Positions 30,619 to 39,910 of a DNA stretch of 64,000 bases are shown in pieces. Made by a program: the position numbers and the translations under genes. Position 1 is the first letter of the stretch; each line of letters starts with the position of its first letter. The notes below the pieces were generated by a model, which was given only the letters and a program-made list of their open reading frames with translations, had not been told where the DNA came from and searched no databases. Source of the DNA: an uncultured bacterium (GTDB lineage Bacteria > Acidobacteriota > HRBIN11 > JAKEFK01); contig CAVZQN010000003.1 of NCBI GenBank assembly GCA_963777505.1, positions 608,001 through 672,000 of the forward strand, read 5' to 3'.

Positions 30619-31881
30619 ATGCGGATCTTTTATTCTCTTATTTATACGCTGGCATTCCTGCTGATCTTACCCTATTTTCTGGTCGCCGGCCTCTTTCGAA
30701 ACAAATATTTTGAAAGCGCGTCCCAACGGTTCGGTTTTATTCCTCAGAAAAGTAAGGAACTTTCCTGCTGGGTTCATTCAGTGAGTGTCGGAGAATTCTT
30801 AGCATCAAAGCCTTTGCTTCGAAAAATTCAGGAAGTGTATCCGGATCTGCCTCTTTTTATTTCAACAACGACGATCACTGGACAGAAATTAGCGTCGGAG
30901 TTTTTGCCAGGGCATTCATTTTACTTCCCGTTTGATTGGAGTTGGTGTTTGCGCCGGGTTTTTAAAGCAATTCGTCCCAAAGTGATTTTAGTTCTTGAAA
31001 CGGAAATCTGGCCTAATTTTCTCTGGACGGCTAAGGGTCTCGGAGTGCCGATAGTTCTTATCAATGGAAGGATTTCGGACAAATCATTCCACCGTTATAA
31101 AGTTGTTCGTTCTTTGCTTCCGGAATTTTCAGAATCCTGGATGCAATCAGAAGAGGATTCAAATCGAATGAAGGATCTTGTTAAGCATCCTTCGTTTGTA
31201 AAAGTTATGGGAAATCTGAAGTTTGACTATTCCCCGCATACAATTTCGCCGGGGTTGCGCAATTTATTGGGAAATTGGAAAGAATCGTCATTGCTGCTGA
31301 TCGCAGGAAGCACGATGACTGGTGAAGAAGAAATCGTAATCAATGCATTTAAGCAACTCTCTCTAAAATCAAACCTCAGGTTATTGATTGCTCCACGCCA
31401 TCCAGACAGATTTGATGAAGTGATTCGAATGGTTTCTGCAAAGGGTTTCAAAGTTGCTCGCAGGAGCAACGACAAAACGGATCAAGAGCCAGTGATGGTT
31501 CTTGACACAATTGGCGAACTCGCTGCTGCATATGAGCTTGCAGATGTGGTTTTTATCGGTGGCACACTTAACTATGGAGGGCATAATCCAATTGAGCCCG
31601 CCTATTATGCTAAACCGATCGTTTCAGGACCTCGATTTGAGAATTTCCGCGCAATTTTTGAAGAATTTATTCGTAATGAAGCGTTGCTCATTACCGCTGA
31701 TCTGGCTGACGCATTTTCAAAATTGATCCAAGATCAAGAACTCAGAATAAAAATGGGAAAGGCTGCACAGGACTTGATACGAAAGAACCAGGGTGCGGCC
31801 GATTTTGTTTTACAAAACATAAGGAAGTATTTGGATGATAGGAGCATTTTGGAGCCGGATTCGAAATCGTTTGTACGATAA
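30619..31881 (+). CDS. waaA: Kdo transferase
   Basis: WVHSVSVGE, TT.TG, PFD, ETEIWPN, NGRIS, GNLKFD, PRHP.RF, GGHNPIEPA. Confidence 0.96.
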   Translation: MRIFYSLIYTLAFLLILPYFLVAGLFRNKYFESASQRFGFIPQKSKELSCWVHSVSVGEFLASKPLLRKIQEVYPDLPLFISTTTITGQKLASEFLPGHSFYFPFDWSWCLRRVFKAIRPKVILVLETEIWPNFLWTAKGLGVPIVLINGRISDKSFHRYKVVRSLLPEFSESWMQSEEDSNRMKDLVKHPSFVKVMGNLKFDYSPHTISPGLRNLLGNWKESSLLLIAGSTMTGEEEIVINAFKQLSLKSNLRLLIAPRHPDRFDEVIRMVSAKGFKVARRSNDKTDQEPVMVLDTIGELAAAYELADVVFIGGTLNYGGHNPIEPAYYAKPIVSGPRFENFRAIFEEFIRNEALLITADLADAFSKLIQDQELRIKMGKAAQDLIRKNQGAADFVLQNIRKYLDDRSILEPDSKSFVR

Positions 31882-32815
31882 AGGCGTTTTTTCCGTGGTC
31901 CGGCCCGATGAATTTGTGATTAGCGTTGGAAATATTACCTGGGGCGGGACTGGTAAAACGGCTCTCACGGAATATCTGACAAAAGTCTTAATCGATAAAG
32001 GTTTCAAAGTTGCAATTCTGAGTCGTGGCTATGGACGGCAAACCCGTGGTGTTGTTGTTGTGAGTGATGGCGTAAAAATATTTGCGACATGGAATAGCGC
32101 AGGCGATGAGCCTTATTGGCTTGCGAGTAGAATTCCGGAGGCAGCGGTCGTTGTTGCAGAAACTCGCGTAGAGGGGCTCAAGGTTATTTCAAAATTCAAC
32201 CCGGATGTCATTGTGCTTGATGATGCTTTTCAGCACCGTCAAATTGACCGCGATATTGATCTTGTTCTTGTTGATGCCAGTGAAAATATCCGGAATCTTC
32301 ATGTCATTCCTTTCGGTAAACTTCGTGAACCGGTCGATTCACTTCATCGCGCAAGTGCTATTGTTCTGACTCATTCAAATCACCCGCACAAAGAAACGCT
32401 GAATATGCTTAAGAGTGTTCAGGCTCCTGTTTTTCACGCAAATTATCATCCCGTCAATTTTCAATTCAACGGTAAACGGATTGCAGCATTTTGCGGAATT
32501 GCATCACCCGATCATTTTCGAACTTTATTGGAAGAGCAGGGTGCCAAGCTTGTTTTTTTTCGTAAATTTCCGGATCATCATATATATTCCTCATCTGAGC
32601 TGAATCAGCTTCAAGACGAAGCTGTAAAGGCAGGGGCTGAAGCGCTGGTAACAACCGCCAAGGACGGAGTAAAGTTAAACGAAAGTAACTTTCGTTTACC
32701 ATTCGCAATCATCCACGTAGAACTTCGGGTAGAAGAAGAGGAAAAATTTAGATCGTGGATTATTGAAAGATTGCAGTCCAGAACACAGGCAGCTGCAATA
32801 AATCATTCGTTATGA
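31835..32815 (+). CDS. lpxK: Tetraacyldisaccharide 4'-kinase
   Basis: SVGNI.WGGTGKT, SRGYG, GDE, LDDAFQH, FPDHH, TTAKD. Confidence 0.96.
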   Translation: MIGAFWSRIRNRLYDKGVFSVVRPDEFVISVGNITWGGTGKTALTEYLTKVLIDKGFKVAILSRGYGRQTRGVVVVSDGVKIFATWNSAGDEPYWLASRIPEAAVVVAETRVEGLKVISKFNPDVIVLDDAFQHRQIDRDIDLVLVDASENIRNLHVIPFGKLREPVDSLHRASAIVLTHSNHPHKETLNMLKSVQAPVFHANYHPVNFQFNGKRIAAFCGIASPDHFRTLLEEQGAKLVFFRKFPDHHIYSSSELNQLQDEAVKAGAEALVTTAKDGVKLNESNFRLPFAIIHVELRVEEEEKFRSWIIERLQSRTQAAAINHSL

Positions 32816-33756
32816 ACAAGATTCGATTTCAGGTGGAGCGCTTTTTCTTCGCGATTGTGGTTTATGGATCGCTCCTCTTTCCAAGACGTTGGTTCTTAAA
32901 ACTTGGAGGATTGTTTGGGATTCTTGCGTATCATCTGGATAGCAGGCACCGAAAAATTGCCTTAAAGAACATTGCGAGTGCGCTGCCGGAACTAAGTGAG
33001 GATAAAGCGAAACAATCTATACGCGAATGCTATGGATATTTTGGAATCTATTTGTTCGATTTACTTCGATCTATTCATGGCTCAAACAAAAAGTTATATG
33101 AAGAATGCGAATATTCAGGCCTGGAGAATCTTGCAGCCGCATACGAAAAGAAAAAAGGCGCAATTCTTTTTACAGGTCATTTTGGCGCATGGGAGGCAAT
33201 GGCTGCTGCGCAGGGCTCAAAAGGTTTTCCAATGACCGTGGTTGCACGAACGTTGGATAATCCGTATTTGGAAAGATTGCTTCGAAAGTTTCGGACAAGT
33301 ACCGGAAATTCTGTAATCGAAAAAACAGAAGGATTTCGTCCAATGCTTCGCACTCTCAAAGAAGGAAAAGCTCTTGCAATTTTGATTGATCAAAATGTAA
33401 CCACAGAGGATCGTATTTTTGTTGACTTTTTTGGCAGACCCGCATCGACCACGCCTGCCCTGGCATTGTTAAAATTGAAAACCAATGCAGATTTGCTCCC
33501 CTGTTTTTCATTGCCGTTGCCTGATGGACGTTATCGTTTTGAGTATGGTGCTCCTATAAACGTTCCTTTAACAGGGGAAAGAAAACAAGATATTTTCAGA
33601 ATCACTCAAGCGTGTACTTCAGTCATTGAGCAAACGATTCGAAAATACCCGCAATACTGGCTCTGGATGCATAGACGTTGGAAAACTCAGCCTTCCGCCG
33701 AAGAGCTGAATGGAGTATTCGCAACGAAGGCGCAAAGCACACAAGGGATTTCGTAA
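32812..33756 (+). CDS. lpxL: Lipid A late acyltransferase (LpxL/HtrB family)
   Basis: GHFGAWE, LIDQ, FFG, P.Y/QW.WMHRRWK. Confidence 0.9.
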   Translation: MNKIRFQVERFFFAIVVYGSLLFPRRWFLKLGGLFGILAYHLDSRHRKIALKNIASALPELSEDKAKQSIRECYGYFGIYLFDLLRSIHGSNKKLYEECEYSGLENLAAAYEKKKGAILFTGHFGAWEAMAAAQGSKGFPMTVVARTLDNPYLERLLRKFRTSTGNSVIEKTEGFRPMLRTLKEGKALAILIDQNVTTEDRIFVDFFGRPASTTPALALLKLKTNADLLPCFSLPLPDGRYRFEYGAPINVPLTGERKQDIFRITQACTSVIEQTIRKYPQYWLWMHRRWKTQPSAEELNGVFATKAQSTQGIS

Positions 33757-33766
33757 AAATATTTAG

Positions 33767-34309
33767 ATGACGAAAGCAATCTTTATCGATAGAGATGGAA
33801 CACTCATTCAAGAAGTTGGCTATCTGAAGATGCTTGAAGATTTGCGTTTCACTCCACGCGCTGTCAATGCACTCGAAATCTTTCATCAGCACGGGTTCAT
33901 GAACATTGTTATTACGAATCAATCTGCGATTGCACGTGGAATCTTGAGTCCTAAGGAGCTGAATAAGATTCATCAAAAAATGAAACTTCTTGCGAAGGAA
34001 GAAGGCGCAATCATTGACGATATTTTTTATTGTCCTCACTTACCGGAAGGCCGTGTCGCTCCGTTCAATGTTGAGTGCGAATGCAGAAAACCAAAACCCG
34101 GAATGATTCTTGAAGCGGCTCAGAAACATCATCTCGATTTACAAGAATGCATTGTCGTTGGAGATAAGCTTTCAGATTTACAGCTTGCTGAACAGGCAGG
34201 TGTTCGTGGCGTCTTGGTTTTAACTGGTTATGGAAACGAGACCCGGAAGGAATTACAGAATGAAATTGAGTCTTATGCAACGCTGTATGACTTTGCGATG
34301 AAATTATGA
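33767..34309 (+). CDS. gmhB: D-glycero-D-manno-heptose-1,7-bisphosphate phosphatase
   Basis: FIDRDGTL, TNQS.IARG, CPH...CECRKPKPGM, VGDK.SD. Confidence 0.92.
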   Translation: MTKAIFIDRDGTLIQEVGYLKMLEDLRFTPRAVNALEIFHQHGFMNIVITNQSAIARGILSPKELNKIHQKMKLLAKEEGAIIDDIFYCPHLPEGRVAPFNVECECRKPKPGMILEAAQKHHLDLQECIVVGDKLSDLQLAEQAGVRGVLVLTGYGNETRKELQNEIESYATLYDFAMKL

Positions 34310-35043
34310 ACGAAGCAATCCATTTTGAAAATGTTTCAAAAAAGTATGGCGAATTTGTTGCGGTAAAGGATTTGAATCTGCGTGTTTTGCCAGGCGAAAT
34401 TTTTGGGTTTGTCGGTCCGAATGGAGCAGGTAAAACTACTACAATCCGCATGCTTACGGGGCTTGCTTACGCTTCATCCGGATCCGTCACAATTTATGGA
34501 ATGAATTACGGAAAAGATAGCCTGCCGATTAAGCAGATCCTTGGTTATATTCCTGATCGTCCTTATTTATACGAGAAACTGACTGGACGCGAATATTTGG
34601 AATTCATTTATGGAATTTATTCTTTAAATGGAAGACCGGATCGCGTCGAACATTACCTTTCCATTTTTGATTTGATTCCATGGTCGGGTGAGCTTGTAGA
34701 AAGTTATTCCCATGGGATGAAACAAAGACTGGCTTTTGCGGCCGCTTTATTACACGAGCCAAAAGTTCTAGTCATTGATGAGCCGATGGTGGGACTCGAT
34801 CCAAAAGGTGTCCGGCTCGTTAAGGATTTGTTGCGTGACCTCGCCGCAAAAGAGAATGTGGCGATTTTTGTGTCTACACACAATCTTGAAATGGCCGAAC
34901 AAATCTGCCACAACATCGGAATTATTCATGAAGGACAATTGCTCGCATGCGATACGTTTGAAGGCTTACGCAAACAGGCTTCATTACCGGATTCGCGATT
35001 GGAAGATATTTTCATGCGCCTTACAACGGAGGAAGTTCGATAA
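34306..35043 (+). CDS. ABC transporter ATP-binding protein
   Basis: GPNGAGKTT, YSHGMKQRL, IDEPMVGLDP, STH. Confidence 0.95.
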   Translation: MNEAIHFENVSKKYGEFVAVKDLNLRVLPGEIFGFVGPNGAGKTTTIRMLTGLAYASSGSVTIYGMNYGKDSLPIKQILGYIPDRPYLYEKLTGREYLEFIYGIYSLNGRPDRVEHYLSIFDLIPWSGELVESYSHGMKQRLAFAAALLHEPKVLVIDEPMVGLDPKGVRLVKDLLRDLAAKENVAIFVSTHNLEMAEQICHNIGIIHEGQLLACDTFEGLRKQASLPDSRLEDIFMRLTTEEVR

Positions 35044-35074
35044 ATAATCTCTGCGTCTCTGCGGTAAAAGTAAA

Positions 35075-36712
35075 ATGAACGGCTTTCGCGAATTTAACCG
35101 GCTTTATCTCCGCACTGTGCGCCACTTTTTGGTGCCATTCCGCTTACGAATTTATTTTCCAATGGTCGCACTGATTCTGCTTGCGGCCGGGCTTTTGACA
35201 ATTGAGTTCTTAGGCTTTCGAAAAATATTTCTTTACATGAATAGCCTGCAAGATCTGACTGCAATGTTTGTGCAATTCTTGCTGGAACGATTTCTTGGGT
35301 TGATTTTCTTGATCTCTTATTCCATGGTTTTCATGAGCAGCATCATTAACGGACTGTCAACATATTTTCTTTCGGCCAATTTGCCTTTTCTTCACACCTT
35401 ACCCGTTCCACGTTGGCGTATCCTGACGCTCAAATTTATTGAGACCTGGGCCATAAGCTGTTATCTCATCTTGATGTTTCTTGGATTCTTTTTAGCTTCC
35501 TATGTTCATACATTTGATCTGGGTTGGCCGCGCTACTTTTTATGTGCAGTGCTTTTGGTGATTTTCACAATTTCGCCAGTAGCATTGGGAAGCGCTGTAG
35601 TCACTATCTTGATGCGATTTTTTCCAGCACGCCGGATCTATCAAGTGGTCACATTGATCGGTGGAATTTTTCTTGCCGCTCTTATGATCGCAGTTCGTAT
35701 GATGCGTCCGGAACTTCTTATGAATCCTAAAGACACTGATGACTTTGTTAAGTTAATAAAAGACATGACGTTTCCGACATTGAATCATCTTCCAAGTTCA
35801 TGGGCGGCGGCGATTGTGATCCATGGAGATCTTACAAAATCGATACTTCTTTTTGCTTTTACAGCAGGGACTATTGGTGTCCTTGCGATCGTTCAAACTG
35901 TCTTTTATCAAAGAGCGTATGTCCATTCGCAAGAAAGTCGTGCGTTAAAGGCGCAGCGAACTTCATCTAAACTTTCAAAAACTGTAAAACGCGGAAAGAT
36001 CGCAAGTTTAATATTCAAGGAATTAAAGATTTTTACACGCGATGCGACTCAATGGTCACAACTCCTTTTGCTTGGTGCACTTGTAGTTGTGTATCTGATC
36101 AATATTAAAAATCTTGCAATTCAAATGCCGATGGTACGCTGGGTTGTGAGTTTTATTAATCTTGGATTGGCTGGATTTGTACTGGCTGCTTTAAGCGTTC
36201 GCTTTTTATTTCCATCTGTTTCTTCCGAAGGGCGTTGCTTTTGGTTGATAAAGACTTTACCGCTTTCTTTCCGGACACTCCTGTGGTGCAAGTACTTAAT
36301 TTACTTCGTGCCGTTTATGTTTTTTACGCAGTTGCTTGTGTACTTCTCAAACAGAATTCTGGAAGTTCCTTCATTCTTTATTCAGCTTTCAATGGCAAAT
36401 ATTTTTGCCGTTTCTGTTGCCTTAACCGGTCTTGCAATCGGGATCGGAGCACTTATGCCGAATTTTCGGACTGATCATCCATCAAAAATCGCTGTCGGCC
36501 CTGGCGGTGTTTTATATATGCTACTCAGCTTTCTTTATCTAGGCATCATGTTGATGATCCAAATCCGGCCTGTGTGGTATCACGTTATTCAACGGCCGGA
36601 GCAGATTTGGGGCATTGCATATGCAGGAGCTGCAATTCTTTTAACTCTGATTGTTGCAATTCTTCCGATGGAACTTGGCGCGCGGCGTCTTGCAAACCGA
36701 GAATATCTATAG
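35075..36712 (+). CDS. Putative ABC exporter permease
   Basis: About 12 TM segments, KELK.F.RD..QWSQL, VS.EG...W. Adjacent to the ATPase. Confidence 0.85.
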   Translation: MNGFREFNRLYLRTVRHFLVPFRLRIYFPMVALILLAAGLLTIEFLGFRKIFLYMNSLQDLTAMFVQFLLERFLGLIFLISYSMVFMSSIINGLSTYFLSANLPFLHTLPVPRWRILTLKFIETWAISCYLILMFLGFFLASYVHTFDLGWPRYFLCAVLLVIFTISPVALGSAVVTILMRFFPARRIYQVVTLIGGIFLAALMIAVRMMRPELLMNPKDTDDFVKLIKDMTFPTLNHLPSSWAAAIVIHGDLTKSILLFAFTAGTIGVLAIVQTVFYQRAYVHSQESRALKAQRTSSKLSKTVKRGKIASLIFKELKIFTRDATQWSQLLLLGALVVVYLINIKNLAIQMPMVRWVVSFINLGLAGFVLAALSVRFLFPSVSSEGRCFWLIKTLPLSFRTLLWCKYLIYFVPFMFFTQLLVYFSNRILEVPSFFIQLSMANIFAVSVALTGLAIGIGALMPNFRTDHPSKIAVGPGGVLYMLLSFLYLGIMLMIQIRPVWYHVIQRPEQIWGIAYAGAAILLTLIVAILPMELGARRLANREYL

Positions 36713-36736
36713 ATCACTGCGTCTCTGCGGTAAAAA

Positions 36737-37741
36737 ATGAGATATTCAAGACAAGAGCTATTTAAACCGATTGGCAAAGATGGCCAGCGAAAGATTCGTG
36801 AATCTGTGGTGGCCATCGTTGGATGTGGTGCGCTTGGATCTTTGCAAGCTGAAGTATTAACGCGTGCAGGGATTGGTAAGCTCATCTTAATTGATCGAGA
36901 TTTTGTAGAACAATCCAATTTGCAACGCCAGTCCTTGTTTCAGGAAACGGATGCAGAACGCGTTGTGCCAAAAGCTGCTGCCGCCGCTGAACGCCTTGCA
37001 TTGATGAATAGCGAAGTGGAAATTATTCCACATGTCGCGGATCTTGGACCTGATACTTTACATCTCTTAAAAGGAGCAAACTTAATTCTGGATGGGACCG
37101 ATAATTTTCAAGTTCGGTTTTTGCTGAATGATTATTGTTGGAAAGAAAATGTGCCGTGGATTTATGGCGCTTGTGTGGGATCGAGCGGAACCGCTGCTCC
37201 ATTTTTGCCGCCATCTTTTCCGTGTTTGCGCTGCATTTTTGAATCGGAACCTCCACCAGGTTCTGCGCCGACTTGCGATACAGCAGGAATTTTATGGCCC
37301 GCGGTTGGCACAGTCGTGAGCTACCAGATTACAGCCGCATTCAAACTTTTGACCGGCAACGAAGTGAAGCCTGAAATCATGCAAATGGACTTATGGAATG
37401 GTGAGTATCGAATTCTTTCGCTGGCAAAAGCGAAGAGAAATGATTGTCAAACTTGTGGACTACACCAATTCCCAGCATTACAGATTCAGGCAATTCAGGA
37501 AACCGCTCTTTGTGGACGCGATGCTGTTCAAATTCGACCGCCAAAATCAGGATCACTCGATCTTGATTCGATTTACAAACGTTGGGAATTGATCGGAGCA
37601 AGCCGGCGTAACCCTTTTCTTGTAAAGCTTGCACTTCCAGAAAATGAAATTGTGTTATTTGCCGATGGCAGAGCCATCATCAAAGGAACTTCTGACTTTA
37701 CTCGCGCTCGCAATCTTTATGCAAAATACATCGGAAACTAG
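36737..37741 (+). CDS. ThiF/MoeB-family adenylyltransferase
   Basis: RYSRQ, GCGALG, DRD.VE.SNLQRQ, D.TDN, CLRC, C..C. Confidence 0.93.
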   Translation: MRYSRQELFKPIGKDGQRKIRESVVAIVGCGALGSLQAEVLTRAGIGKLILIDRDFVEQSNLQRQSLFQETDAERVVPKAAAAAERLALMNSEVEIIPHVADLGPDTLHLLKGANLILDGTDNFQVRFLLNDYCWKENVPWIYGACVGSSGTAAPFLPPSFPCLRCIFESEPPPGSAPTCDTAGILWPAVGTVVSYQITAAFKLLTGNEVKPEIMQMDLWNGEYRILSLAKAKRNDCQTCGLHQFPALQIQAIQETALCGRDAVQIRPPKSGSLDLDSIYKRWELIGASRRNPFLVKLALPENEIVLFADGRAIIKGTSDFTRARNLYAKYIGN

Positions 37742-38909
37742 GAACAAAAACTCACCGCAAAGACCCAAAGTTTATTTGGATAATGCAGCAACAACATTTC
37801 CAAAGCCTGAGGGCGTTTACGAAAAAACATTCAAGTTTTTACGTGAATCTGCCGGGAATCCCGGACGTGGCGGTCATTATTTTGCAAATGCGTCCCGCCA
37901 GATTGTCGAAGAAGCACGGAACAGAGTTGCACGTTTTCTGGGAGTTCGTGATCCGAAACGTGTAATTTTTACTTCCAACTGCACCGACTCGATCAACATG
38001 GTCTTAAAAGGTTACTTGAAACCGGGTTCGCATGTTATTGCGAGCAACCTGGATCACAATGCTGTCTCCAGGCCGCTTGAATCTCTTAAGCGTGACGGAT
38101 TGATCGAACTGACACGGATTCCATTCGAAGCTCAAGGTTATCTGACGGCTGAAAGCATCAGTGGGGCTATTCGAGATAGTACTACACTTATAGTACTAAC
38201 ACACGGCTCTAACGTTCTTGGCACAATCCAAAATCTGGACGACATTGCTTCCATCGCGAGGGCAACAGGAATCCCACTGCTTGTCGATGCTGCACAAACC
38301 GCAGGCAGGATTGCAATGATTGCAGATTCAGCTCCCATGTTTATTGCTTGTTCTGCGCACAAAGGACTTTTGGGTCTTCCCGGACTTGGAATTCTAACGC
38401 TTCCTGAAAATGCAACATTGCGTCCTATGCGTGAAGGGGGGACCGGTACTTCATCCGAAAGTGTAATCCATCCTGAACAACTTCCTGAACGCCTTGAAGC
38501 AGGAACACCAAATGTTGCCGCCATCGCATCGATCCGTTATGCTCTCGATTTTATTGAAACCGAAGGCATCGAAACAATTCATCGGAAAGAAATGGCGCTA
38601 ATCCATCGGCTTGTTGAAAAACTCAGAGGAAATGATCGGATTATTGTGTATTCAGATCCTGAAAAAGGACCTCATGTTGCTGTCGTCGCTTTGAATGTGC
38701 GGGACATCCCGGCAGAAGAAGTTTCAGCAATTCTGGATCAGAATTTCGGAATTGCGGTCCGAGCCGGTCTTCATTGTGCAGCTGTCTTGCATCAACAATT
38801 AGGAACACTGCCGGGCGGATGTTTGCGCATCAGCCCGGGCGTTTTTAATTCAAATGAAGATATCGATCAAATTGCGGAAGCTTTAAACCAAATCATCGAA
38901 CAATATTAA
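37719..38909 (+). CDS. Cysteine desulfurase-family PLP enzyme
   Basis: YLDNAATT.PKP, HNAV, DAAQT, SAHKG, EAGT.N, RAGLHCA. ATG at 37719 preferred. Confidence 0.92.
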   Translation: MQNTSETRNKNSPQRPKVYLDNAATTFPKPEGVYEKTFKFLRESAGNPGRGGHYFANASRQIVEEARNRVARFLGVRDPKRVIFTSNCTDSINMVLKGYLKPGSHVIASNLDHNAVSRPLESLKRDGLIELTRIPFEAQGYLTAESISGAIRDSTTLIVLTHGSNVLGTIQNLDDIASIARATGIPLLVDAAQTAGRIAMIADSAPMFIACSAHKGLLGLPGLGILTLPENATLRPMREGGTGTSSESVIHPEQLPERLEAGTPNVAAIASIRYALDFIETEGIETIHRKEMALIHRLVEKLRGNDRIIVYSDPEKGPHVAVVALNVRDIPAEEVSAILDQNFGIAVRAGLHCAAVLHQQLGTLPGGCLRISPGVFNSNEDIDQIAEALNQIIEQY

Positions 38910-38911
38910 GG

Positions 38912-39277
38912 CTAGGAATTATCGCCTGATGGCGTTGGAGCGGTCAGCTCATCTTTTTCTTGTTCTGCTTCAAAAGCTCGCTTTCCTTCATCATATGCAT
39001 CTCGGACTTTCGATTTTTTCTGATCGTAAAAAGTCTTCGCCTGAGAAATGCCATCGGAGGCGCGATTTTTTAAACGGCTGATTTCGATTTCTGCTTTATC
39101 TCGAACTCTTCCATATTCCTGTTTGAGATTGTCCGATACTTCATCAGTCCTTTCCCGGATCCGTTGGCGGGTTTGTTCTCCTGAAGCAGGAGCAAACAAA
39201 AGAGCAACTGTTGCACCAACGAAGCTACCCAGCAAAAATGAGAACATTAAATCCAGAGAATTATCACGTCGTGCCAT
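38912..39277 (-). CDS. YtxH-domain protein
   Basis: FLLG..VGA.VALLFAP.SG..TR followed by coiled coil. Confidence 0.9.
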   Translation of the reverse strand: MARRDNSLDLMFSFLLGSFVGATVALLFAPASGEQTRQRIRERTDEVSDNLKQEYGRVRDKAEIEISRLKNRASDGISQAKTFYDQKKSKVRDAYDEGKRAFEAEQEKDELTAPTPSGDNS

Positions 39278-39291
39278 ATTACCTCCTGTAG

Positions 39292-39699
39292 CTATCTTTC
39301 AGTTTCGTCATACTCGTCATATTCTTCGTATTCGTAAGACCCATCCCGTTTCATTAAGTGCTTAACCCCATAACCGATCCCTGCAAGTAAACTCTTAATT
39401 CCGGTCACCGGTTTTGTGACGAATGTCGTTACGCTGTGAACTTGTTGAACAATTCCGCGTGTCGAAGCAACGACATCCTGCAATTGTTGAACCTGTTGAT
39501 CGAGATTGGCGGTGATTGACTTAACATTGTAAAGAATTTCTTGTGAATTCCGGATGGTAAATTCCATCTCCTTGATCGTCCGACGGAGCTGTCTTAAAGT
39601 CGGAATAATCTCACGTATAAGTCTGTAGAGTAAAATTAAGCCGCCGAACAAAAGTAACAAAAAGAGCGCAGCAATCACCTGCCAGATCGTCAGCGACAT
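39292..39699 (-). CDS. DUF948/YoxC-like membrane protein
   Basis: N-terminal TM plus coiled coil, directly upstream of ytxH as in the yoxC-ytxH pair. Confidence 0.75.
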   Translation of the reverse strand: MSLTIWQVIAALFLLLLFGGLILLYRLIREIIPTLRQLRRTIKEMEFTIRNSQEILYNVKSITANLDQQVQQLQDVVASTRGIVQQVHSVTTFVTKPVTGIKSLLAGIGYGVKHLMKRDGSYEYEEYDEYDETER

Positions 39700-39705
39700 G
39701 AGTCC

Positions 39706-39734
39706 AATCTAAGCACAAAACTCCTCAAAGTCAA
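39706..39734 (-). promoter_or_regulatory. Putative leaderless sigma70 promoter
   Basis: TTGACT-17-TAGATT-6-ATG(39699). Confidence 0.65.
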
Positions 39735-39812
39735 CGAAACTTAGACGGAAGAGTGCATCTTTTGATCACTGCAAATGCGCTTCAACACAAGGCTTGCAGT
39801 CATTGCTTTGCA

Positions 39813-39841
39813 TGGACGCTCATTAGTCTGCATGTTATAAT
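39813..39841 (+). promoter_or_regulatory. Putative extended -10 promoter of the EF-G gene
   Basis: TGGACG-17-TATAAT with TG-n extension. Confidence 0.55.
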
Positions 39842-39910
39842 TTTTGTTCCTTTCAGGGACAGAAAAATACTAAATCGAAGTGTCCAATTTACTTGGAGGA
39901 TTGAGAGCGT

